Source: an uncultured virus (IMG/VR IMGVR_UViG_3300021399_000146)
Lineage: Duplodnaviria; Heunggongvirae; Uroviricota; Caudoviricetes
Direction: 5' to 3' (one strand)
IMG/VR virus record: IMGVR_UViG_3300021399_000146
Length of the DNA: 20,000 bases
The notes under the pieces were generated by a model. It saw only the letters and a program-made list of their open reading frames with translations, ran no database searches and was not told the origin of the DNA. The position numbers were made by a program, and so were the translations under genes. This document shows, piece after piece, positions 8,872 to 15,601 of this stretch; within the stretch, counting starts at the first letter, position 1; the number at the start of each line of letters is the position of its first letter.

Positions 8872-8948
8872 TGGCGCCTAGTGTAGGACTTGAACCTACG
8901 ACACACGGATTAACAGTCCGTCGCTACTGCCAACTGAGCTAACCAGGC
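8872..8948 (-). tRNA. tRNA-Asn(GTT)
   Basis: ACGGA-CTGTTAA-TCCGT, G73, CCA. Confidence 0.94.
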
Positions 8949-8952
8949 GTAT

Positions 8953-9106
8953 TGGTGGGGGAGGACAGGATTCGAACCTGCGAAGCATAATGCACCGGAT
9001 TTACAGTCCACGAATGAAGTATCCGTTACCGCTGCATCATCATTAGACGAGAATTATGTAACGGCGTCCTTGGTTCAGGCGCCTTTGGCCACTTGGCTAC
9101 TCCCCC
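8953..9106 (-). ncRNA. tRNA-Tyr(GTA) interrupted at 28/29 by a 68-nt Y-RNA module (insert 9010-9077)
   Basis: GGGGGAG/CTCCCCC-ACCA acceptor, long variable arm; CC|insert|GGA-CTGTAAA-TCCGG. Confidence 0.8.
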
Positions 9107-9119
9107 ATATTAATATAGA

Positions 9120-9236
9120 TATCAATTGCTCCTTTCACCCAGGAGGGACTCGAACCCTCGTCTTCTTTCATATGTTATATAACATACTACTCAACGCATT
9201 AACCTCTGTGCTACCAGACTGCGGGAGCAATTGATA
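9120..9236 (-). ncRNA. tRNA-like RNA (D and T arms, no anticodon or CCA, 13-bp closing stem)
   Basis: TATCAATTGCTCC IR; TAGCACAGAGGTTAATGC D arm; GAGGG-TTCGAGT-CCCTC T arm. Confidence 0.6.
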
Positions 9237-9238
9237 AT

Positions 9239-9377
9239 TGGGCCGGAATACAAGAATCGAACTTGTGACAAGGGGATTAACATTCCATGAAGTATCCGTT
9301 ACCGCTGCATCATCATTAAATGAGAATATTGTAACAGTATATTTTCACCTACTCTAACCAACTGAGTTAATTCCGGC
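9239..9377 (-). ncRNA. tRNA(GTT, Asn-like) interrupted at 28/29 by a 61-nt Y-RNA module (insert 9287-9347)
   Basis: GCCGGAAT/ATTCCGGC-CCA; GG|insert|GGA-ATGTTAA-TCCCC; ACAAG-TTCGATT-CTTGT. Confidence 0.8.
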
Positions 9378-9381
9378 ATGT

Positions 9382-9521
9382 TGGGGCTGGATACATGACT
9401 CGAACATGTGACACGGGCGGCCCTATCGCAACGAAGTAACTCATACTCCTGCATCATCGTTAGATGAGAAATAACGTACAAGTACATTTCTACCTGCTCT
9501 ACCGACTGAGCTAATCCAGCC
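9382..9521 (-). ncRNA. tRNA(AGG, Pro-like) interrupted at 28/29 by a 63-nt Y-RNA module (insert 9430-9492)
   Basis: GGCTGGAT/ATCCAGCC-CCA; GG|insert|GCG-ATAGGGC-CGCCC; ACATG-TTCGAGT-CATGT. Confidence 0.78.
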
Positions 9522-9551
9522 ATAAATAAAGTAATATTTCTATTACTTTCT

Positions 9552-9570
9552 TCACGATAATAATATGTAT
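9552..9570 (-). promoter_or_regulatory. putative phage promoter motif copy 3 (ATACATATTATTATCGTGA)
   Basis: Consensus match about 30 nt upstream of the first interrupted tRNA. Confidence 0.65.
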
Positions 9571-9682
9571 TTCATTTTTATAAATAATAGAAATGAAATA
9601 ATGATAAGATAGGAAGGGAATGGTACCACAAACGTGGTACCATTCAGGTGTTGTATAGATACAGTCCTGGGTGAGACTGTAT

Positions 9683-9757
9683 TGGTGACGCTACCGAGAA
9701 TCGAACTCGGGACTCCTCCGTGAAAGGGAGATGTCTTAACCTCTTGACCATAGCGCC
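9683..9757 (-). tRNA. tRNA-Glu(TTC)
   Basis: TCTCC-CTTTCAC-GGAGG, CCA. Confidence 0.94.
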
Positions 9758-9766
9758 ATATAATAA

Positions 9767-9918
9767 AGCTTCATGAGAAAATCATAAATGGTTAAATGTG
9801 ATAATGGGTGCTTATTTCAGCGTCTGCCAATTTCGCCATGTATGGAATTCCATACAGCAAGATTCGAACTCGCATGCGTCCTGTTATGAAGTAACCATCT
9901 ACTCTGCATCACAAAGCT
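9767..9918 (-). ncRNA. Y-RNA-like RNA I (permuted, Leu-like D arm)
   Basis: GATGCAG, TAGATGGTT/AACCATTTA, TACTTC, TTCTC; GCGAG-TTCGAAT-CTTGC; TGTATGG-AATT-CCATACA closed acceptor; GCGAAATTGGCAGACGC. Confidence 0.8.
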
Positions 9919-10005
9919 AGATTATCAAAAGGGTGAGGCGGGTTTATGACCTCACCCTAGAAAGGATGGATGTTTCATGAAATGCTCCATATTCCATGAA
10001 ACACT

Positions 10006-10091
10006 TGGTGGGAAGAGATGGAGTCGAACCACCCGAGTCTAAGACAGCAGATTTACAGTCTGCCCCGCTACCACTTACGGTATATCTTCCC
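10006..10091 (-). tRNA. tRNA-Tyr(GTA)
   Basis: GCAGA-CTGTAAA-TCTGC, long variable arm, CCA; slightly atypical D arm. Confidence 0.88.
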
Positions 10092-10098
10092 ACATAAA

Positions 10099-10196
10099 AC
10101 ATTACAAAGTATTCTATCAGACTCGAACTGATGACCTCTTGCACCATTCGGTGATCAAGCGCTCTAACCATCTGAGCTAAGCGTCCAATGCAATGT
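10099..10196 (-). ncRNA. tRNA-like RNA / pseudo-tRNA (intact D and T arms, remodelled anticodon arm, mismatched acceptor, no CCA)
   Basis: TAGCTCAGATGGTTAGAGC; CTTG-AT-CACC-GAAT-GGTG-CAAG; ATCAG-TTCGAGT-CTGAT; outer ACATTGCA/TGTAATGT stem. Confidence 0.6.
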
Positions 10197-10352
10197 ATAT
10201 GCCCATGATGATGAAGAGGAGTACCACACCATGGCTGGCCCATATTATTTTTTAAGCACCGAGTATTCATATGACCTAGTCTAAAATGCATGTTTAGACA
10301 TGTATGATATATTCCAATCAAACGGTCGCTCCTCATGGCCATCCGTGCTGTC

Positions 10353-10428
10353 TGGTGAGCGTAATGGGACTTGAACCCATGGCCCTACGCTTAAAAGGCG
10401 TATGCTCTACCAGCTGAGCTATACGCTC
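10353..10428 (-). tRNA. tRNA-Lys(TTT)
   Basis: TACGC-CTTTTAA-GCGTA, CCA. Confidence 0.95.
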
Positions 10429-10451
10429 ACGAATTAAGATATGAATGATAT

Positions 10452-10527
10452 TGGTGGAACATACGGGACTCGAACCTGTGATCCTCGAGTTATGAGCTCG
10501 ATGCCTTACCAACTTGGCCAATGTTCC
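10452..10527 (-). tRNA. tRNA-Ile2/Met(CAT)
   Basis: TCGAG-CTCATAA-CTCGA, G1:C72, CCA; Ile2 versus Met not resolvable by eye. Confidence 0.85.
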
Positions 10528-10529
10528 AA

Positions 10530-10606
10530 TGGTCCGGATGACAGGACTCGAACCTGCGGCATCTTGGTCCCAAACCAAGCACTCTGCCAAACTGAGTTAC
10601 ATCCGG
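10530..10606 (-). tRNA. tRNA-Pro(TGG)
   Basis: CTTGG-TTTGGGA-CCAAG, C1:G72, A73, CCA. Confidence 0.95.
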
Positions 10607-10614
10607 ATATAAAA

Positions 10615-10699
10615 TGGTGCTGCTTGTCGGATTTGAACCGACACGTCGTTAGACACAAGAACCTAAATCTTGCGCGTATGCCAATTTCGCCAAAGCAGC
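10615..10699 (-). tRNA. tRNA-Leu(TAG)
   Basis: CAAGA-TTTAGGT-TCTTG, long variable arm, CCA. Confidence 0.94.
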
Positions 10700-11037
10700 A
10701 CATATCTATCGATGATGTTCTTACATGACATCTATACAGGGATCATTGTCTATAGACTAATCCATTGTACGATTCTTACTTGAACTACCGTACCTAACTT
10801 GATTATCAGGGTGACACTAACGATCAGGTCACATCTTCATCGATTCAATATGTTGATCCTATGTTGCGCTCGTGAGTTGACGAAACCCCGGCTTTCCCTT
10901 CAGGCTTAGGTTTAACCTGGCTTTGTGTAAGGTCGACGGTTTAACGTTCTTCCATACTGTCTACTACAGTGAGGACCGCCTCCCACATAGGCATCATGAG
11001 TTCGAACTATGATTCGCTACTAACGATGTGGCCACCA

Positions 11038-11251
11038 TCCGGACCAAGATCATCGCCGTCATAATGGGTTAGTTGATTCCCACACACCCTCACGACCATT
11101 AACCAATAATTGCGCGGAGCCATATATCGTTTCAGGACATCGGCGCAGTCCTCTTTGGTGTGTTCAAACTCTGAGAAACATCCATCGGTCCATGGTTCTT
11201 TTTTATAACGCACATGATGAGCGTGTCCTGTGATGTTTCTCTTGGTCCGGA
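11038..11251 (-). ncRNA. unassigned structured RNA, about 214 nt
   Basis: Perfect 12-bp terminal IR TCCGGACCAAGA plus several internal stems; strand inferred from neighbours. Confidence 0.45.
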
Positions 11252-11322
11252 GTTTCTTATCTGGGTCATCATGATGAATCTTTTCATTATACTAATCGAT
11301 TGACATACGATTCAACCAACGC

Positions 11323-11466
11323 CGTATAACGATTCCAGATCTCCGGTGGTAAATGATGGCAATGGATGCTCTCCCATATCCTGAGCTATCGAGGACCCGA
11401 GGGTCCCCGACCCCGATTCGAACGGGGGACTTACCGTACCATCATTCTGGTATGATATAGTATACG
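11323..11466 (-). ncRNA. circularly permuted tRNA-like RNA lacking the shared Y module
   Basis: CCCCG-TTCGAAT-CGGGG, closed acceptor TCGGGGAC..GTCCTCGA, D arm GCTC/GAGC, on a long AATGATGGTA/TGCCATCATT stem. Confidence 0.7.
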
Positions 11467-11575
11467 TTTTGTGTATCTTACAATTGTAAGAGACCTTGAG
11501 AAAGGCATGTGATACCGGCACAATGATAAAGGCAAATCAAACCGGATGTGGATATGAACAAATATACTATATCAT

Positions 11576-11662
11576 TGGTACCTGAGGTGGGACTCGAACC
11601 CACAGTTGTCTTTCGACACTTGATTTTGAGTCAAGCTCCTAAACCAATTCGGATACTCAGGC
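11576..11662 (-). tRNA. tRNA-Leu(CAA)
   Basis: CTTGA-CTCAAAA-TCAAG, long variable arm, CCA. Confidence 0.93.
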
Positions 11663-12083
11663 ATGTTTAAATATATCTCAACCCGCATATGCCAGAGGGA
11701 TGGTCTTATTGATCTTGCCATCTTTTAAACTGTCTATGAATGACTGTTAAACATATGCGGGTGAAATATCACTGGATGCCGAGGGGCCATACACAGACCC
11801 TTGGAAATATCCTTGCGTTAAAAACGCCCTAGTCCATGTTAGCCAGTATTGTCGGCATCCACATCACTTATGGAGATATCTAAGTATCTCCAGTCTCCAC
11901 CACAGCCCTCGGTAGCGGGATCATTTTCCCTCACTATTTCCTCCGACAGGCCATGGATTCATCCCACCTGGATGTGCGCACATCCTACATGGGTATATAC
12001 AACGGTGGAGAAGATGGACGTTGCAACGAATAATCTTTCATCATCTTCCCATTACCGATGTAAACTATAGTAGTGAATTTTGA

Positions 12084-12332
12084 TTAATTATTATTATCAT
12101 TATTGATCTTTTCATTCAAATTAACTATCAAACCATCTATGACGATTTTATTCAGAGGACCATCATATATCTCTTCAGCTTTGTCATCAATGACATATAT
12201 TGACAATCCTTGTGCATTTGAATGAATGTCATATATAAATTTAATTTGTTCTATAAATGAGAAAGGGTCAGTCCTGTTCATCTGTGATCTGTATCCTTCC
12301 CAATACACCTGATATCTAATTTTACCAGACAT
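12084..12332 (-). CDS. hypothetical protein
   Basis: 82 aa, RBS GGAGG. Confidence 0.65.
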   Translation of the reverse strand: MSGKIRYQVYWEGYRSQMNRTDPFSFIEQIKFIYDIHSNAQGLSIYVIDDKAEEIYDGPLNKIVIDGLIVNLNEKINNDNNN

Positions 12333-12334
12333 TG

Positions 12335-12685
12335 TTATTCCTCCTGCCGTTTGGGATAATGATCTCCTACGTTGTACATCACATATTCCGATTCAGGAAC
12401 ATCGAAAGTGTATTCAACGTATTCACCATTCTTTTCACCTGATATTGTTAATGTACATTTAGCCGGATGATATCGAGCTGGCGAGCCTTCTGAACCAGCC
12501 GATGTCCATGCACTTGTATAATCTTTGTAGACAACTGTTCCTTCAGATATTCTGTTTGATTCATTCTTAATGCAAACAAACACTATTACACCAAGAACAG
12601 AAATAATTACAAGTGCAACGATTATTTCTATGAAGTTATAACTGAAAAAGTTTCTCACTTTTCTGCGTTTAGTATCGACCTTCAT
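12335..12685 (-). CDS. single-pass membrane protein
   Basis: 116 aa, TM segment IIVALVIISVLGVIVFVCI, beta-rich C-terminal domain. Confidence 0.75.
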   Translation of the reverse strand: MKVDTKRRKVRNFFSYNFIEIIVALVIISVLGVIVFVCIKNESNRISEGTVVYKDYTSAWTSAGSEGSPARYHPAKCTLTISGEKNGEYVEYTFDVPESEYVMYNVGDHYPKRQEE

Positions 12686-12688
12686 TGG

Positions 12689-12976
12689 TTAGCTCTCCAT
12701 ATTCTTGATTGAATTTAATATTGATACAACCGATGCAAGTGTCATATCTGATATTAAATCATTCTTTGCAGGTTCGTCATTAGAAAAGCTGACTTTTAAC
12801 TTTATACTAGAATCAACCATCATTCTATTAACGAGCTCCTGCTGTTTTGTTAACCGAACATCTTTGTCAATTGCGGGTTTGTGGCCCGCAATGACATTTT
12901 TGATTCCTTCCTCGACTGATAATAATCCTTTATCATTATCATCGAAAGTGATTGTGATTTCAACTGTCTTTTTCAT
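12689..12976 (-). CDS. hypothetical protein
   Basis: 95 aa, overlaps the upstream gene. Confidence 0.65.
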   Translation of the reverse strand: MKKTVEITITFDDNDKGLLSVEEGIKNVIAGHKPAIDKDVRLTKQQELVNRMMVDSSIKLKVSFSNDEPAKNDLISDMTLASVVSILNSIKNMES

Positions 12977-14078
12977 TATTTTCCAACCCCTTCTTTATTT
13001 CTTCATCAGTGATTGTTTCCGCATCATCACAGATAATGACTTTGACCCCAGTAGCAGATGAAAGTTTTTCAAGCTGTTCATTAAAGATCTTCTCAGCTAT
13101 TGCGTCGGAGTCATTTTCAAAATTATCATCCAACTTTCTGTTCAGATCAATATATGCATCGTTAGGTGAATTACCAAATCCTTCTAACTGAGACCATGCG
13201 TCTTTATCATCCTTGGACTTTAATGATGCTTTAAAGAGATTAGGACCATCCACCATCTCGATCATTACATCTGCAATAGTATGTATATTGAAGAAATTCT
13301 CTTTCCAGAGTGCCATGAAGTAATCGTCATCATACTCCGAGTGATTCATACAGAATTCGATAAGATCACCCTGAGATATAATGGGAATCTCATATTCTTC
13401 ACATATCTTGCGTTCCAACTTACAACCACGAGAATTCTCCCAATCCCCATAGAACAGAACTTCATCTGCTTGACCCAACATACCAATGGATCTACAGAAA
13501 GTATACTGGTTGAATGTTCGTGATCCAGGGGCTCCATAATGAATCTCATCGGGATCATACGGATCAAACTGATTGATGAGTTTTACATACTTAATGGGTC
13601 TTTCCGTATACAGAGCATACAGCTCATGGAGAAGCCTACGTTGCTTTCTTATTTCTTTTATATTCTTACCAGTGTATGGTTGAGATATAAAGAGATTTGT
13701 TGTATAATGAAAGATTCTGTTTTGTGGTATAAAGAATTTGTGACCACGCTGTTTATCTTTCAATTTTTCAATCTGTTTTGGATCTATTTTTTGATCATAA
13801 AGTATTTCAATATCATTGTCCTCAAGTGTCACACCATGATATTTGAGATTGATTGGTAATTGATCGTATGATACAACTGTCATGCAGAAATTAACCATGA
13901 CAGAATTACAGAGCTGAACCGGTTTTGTCCAGTCACCATCATCATCATGACGCAACTCATATACATATGGGGATCCGGGTATATCACGTCTATCGATACG
14001 GTTTTCTGTAACAAATACAGGTGTACCAAACAATATAGCATTATACCATGTTACCTCATCATACCTTCTTCGTCCCAT
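12960..14078 (-). CDS. multidomain protein: LPD28-like N-terminus plus DUF4406/nucleoside-deoxyribosyltransferase-like domain
   Basis: RIDR..IP...Y.YELRHDDD...V.VNF (LPD28-like); FISQPYTG...AD.V.F..DWENSRGC.LE (DUF4406-like), recognised by eye. Confidence 0.65.
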   Translation of the reverse strand: MGRRRYDEVTWYNAILFGTPVFVTENRIDRRDIPGSPYVYELRHDDDGDWTKPVQLCNSVMVNFCMTVVSYDQLPINLKYHGVTLEDNDIEILYDQKIDPKQIEKLKDKQRGHKFFIPQNRIFHYTTNLFISQPYTGKNIKEIRKQRRLLHELYALYTERPIKYVKLINQFDPYDPDEIHYGAPGSRTFNQYTFCRSIGMLGQADEVLFYGDWENSRGCKLERKICEEYEIPIISQGDLIEFCMNHSEYDDDYFMALWKENFFNIHTIADVMIEMVDGPNLFKASLKSKDDKDAWSQLEGFGNSPNDAYIDLNRKLDDNFENDSDAIAEKIFNEQLEKLSSATGVKVIICDDAETITDEEIKKGLENNEKDS

Positions 14079-14790
14079 TATTTTCGTCCTCCTTGTTTAA
14101 ACTTTCTTTGAATGCATTAAACCTCGACAAAAATGTATTGAAACTTTTCTTGTATGCCGATTTATATGCTTCATTGTATTTATTGATGATAAACTCTAAG
14201 AATTCACTATCGGTTGAACTACGTCTCGTATTAATGGTTTCACTATCCATCCACAGAAGTCCACTGATAATCATGACGTATTGTTCATAACTATCAATAG
14301 ATGGAGTGGAAATCTCATTTCCGTAGAGTTCATCAAACCAGAATGAATTGGTTATTGTCAACGGATGTGAATGCATCATAACATATCTTGGTCCGATATT
14401 AAACCCGGCTGGACACATGTAGTATTGATCGCAGTATTCTTTGATTGAGAGTTCTTTGAATTCTTTGAAAAATGGTTCACGTCCTTCATACTCAAGACCA
14501 ATGATCTTACACCAATCTTCAATGAACTCTTTGGCACCACAACTCACGCGGAATGAATATAATTCGATACCTCTCGAGTATTGTTCTATATAGAAATATG
14601 CAGCATCGATATTGTTGGTGACAGCCATAAGTTCCGACTCATCCAATATCACTGTATATGTTTTACCAGGTTGACGTGATATTTCAACCTGGTATGAATT
14701 GATAGAACCATCTGTCTTTTTGAAGATATCTGTTATCTTATATCCCGATTTAGATGGTGCCGTTATATTACATTTTTCACTGAGAATCAT
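14059..14790 (-). CDS. hypothetical protein
   Basis: 243 aa, overlapping neighbours. Confidence 0.7.
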   Translation of the reverse strand: MILSEKCNITAPSKSGYKITDIFKKTDGSINSYQVEISRQPGKTYTVILDESELMAVTNNIDAAYFYIEQYSRGIELYSFRVSCGAKEFIEDWCKIIGLEYEGREPFFKEFKELSIKEYCDQYYMCPAGFNIGPRYVMMHSHPLTITNSFWFDELYGNEISTPSIDSYEQYVMIISGLLWMDSETINTRRSSTDSEFLEFIINKYNEAYKSAYKKSFNTFLSRFNAFKESLNKEDENNGTKKV

Positions 14791-15577
14791 CTATCTCACC
14801 CTTTTTCTTTCTTTTGACGCTAGCTCTATGTTCAGCCTGTCGGAAACGTTTGTTGTTTAATTTATTTGCTTCCTTAGTAACTCTTTTAAATATATTACGT
14901 CCACCAAAGTATCGTTTAGCAATTGCCATTGCAATACCGGTTTCAGTGTCAGGGTGTTCGGTTGCACATCCAGTTACTATGGTAACTTTATTCCGTCCTT
15001 TTGAATCTTTATCACTCCATATAACAGTCGTGATAGTGTCACCGTTCTTTTCATTTATCTGGATATCTTTAATACCAGCAATACCCGGTAGTCTATGATC
15101 AAACATATTAGGATAGACCTTTTTCTTCTGCTTTGGTCTCTCTGTAGGTACCTTTATTTTTGGCATTACTTTCTCCTCCTTTGAATTTTGACGTTTCATG
15201 TGATGGGCAACCATCTCTCTGTCATTCATGGCAAATACTAATGTATCGATTACCCTAAAAGGAATATTCGATTCCCTGCTACACATATCATACATTTCCA
15301 ATTCTTCATTCCACTTAATGATCGGGTTATAATTATCATCTGATATTTGGTCTATAGCCACATAGTCAAGCACACCTACTGTAACTCTGCGTGAGTGATA
15401 TATGAATTTATAAACAACTTCATTACCACCGCCATTTGGGATTCCTACGATGAGATAGGTATGATTTTCTTCATCATGAGTACATCTAACATGGGTATAG
15501 CATAATGGAGCGATCATTAAACATGGAAGACTCTTCCTTATCACACCATCAAATTCATCTTTTGATAGCATCATCAT
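14777..15577 (-). CDS. hypothetical phage protein
   Basis: 266 aa; C-terminal T.V.WSD..T.V...D.ETG.AMAIAKR.FG motif familiar from Firmicutes phage hypotheticals. Confidence 0.7.
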   Translation of the reverse strand: MMMLSKDEFDGVIRKSLPCLMIAPLCYTHVRCTHDEENHTYLIVGIPNGGGNEVVYKFIYHSRRVTVGVLDYVAIDQISDDNYNPIIKWNEELEMYDMCSRESNIPFRVIDTLVFAMNDREMVAHHMKRQNSKEEKVMPKIKVPTERPKQKKKVYPNMFDHRLPGIAGIKDIQINEKNGDTITTVIWSDKDSKGRNKVTIVTGCATEHPDTETGIAMAIAKRYFGGRNIFKRVTKEANKLNNKRFRQAEHRASVKRKKKGEIDDSQ

Positions 15578-15601
15578 ATTTTATACATCCTTTCAAGTTT
15601 C

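Noticed and set aside
8953..9521. Group I/II or archaeal BHB intron explanation for the tRNA inserts
   Set aside because: At 61-68 nt they are far too short for self-splicing introns, they end in U rather than omega-G, and no clear bulge-helix-bulge was seen at the junctions.
8102..9918. CRISPR array interpretation of the recurring GAAGTA..CTGCATC motif
   Set aside because: Repeats are degenerate, bipartite and irregularly spaced, with tRNA arms between them and no cas genes in the window.
10858..10991. Hammerhead ribozyme near GACGAAAC
   Set aside because: No CTGANGA core in the required position.
11038..11466. Two-piece tmRNA
   Set aside because: A full D arm is present, the acceptor is loop-closed without CCA, and no tag reading frame was identified.
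9299..11521. ORFs 9299-9523, 9944-10342, 10333-10590, 10441-10728, 10506-10703, 11007-11213 and 11312-11521
   Set aside because: They overlap tRNAs or structured RNAs and translate tRNA motifs (LAQSVEQ, GSSPV); most likely spurious.
5914..11662. Suppressor tRNA or recoded genetic code
   Set aside because: No CTA, TTA or TCA anticodon, and genes are intact under the standard code.
5332..12332. RtcB/RtcA RNA repair genes next to Ro60
   Set aside because: No ORF in the window shows recognisable RNA ligase or cyclase motifs; they may lie elsewhere in the genome.
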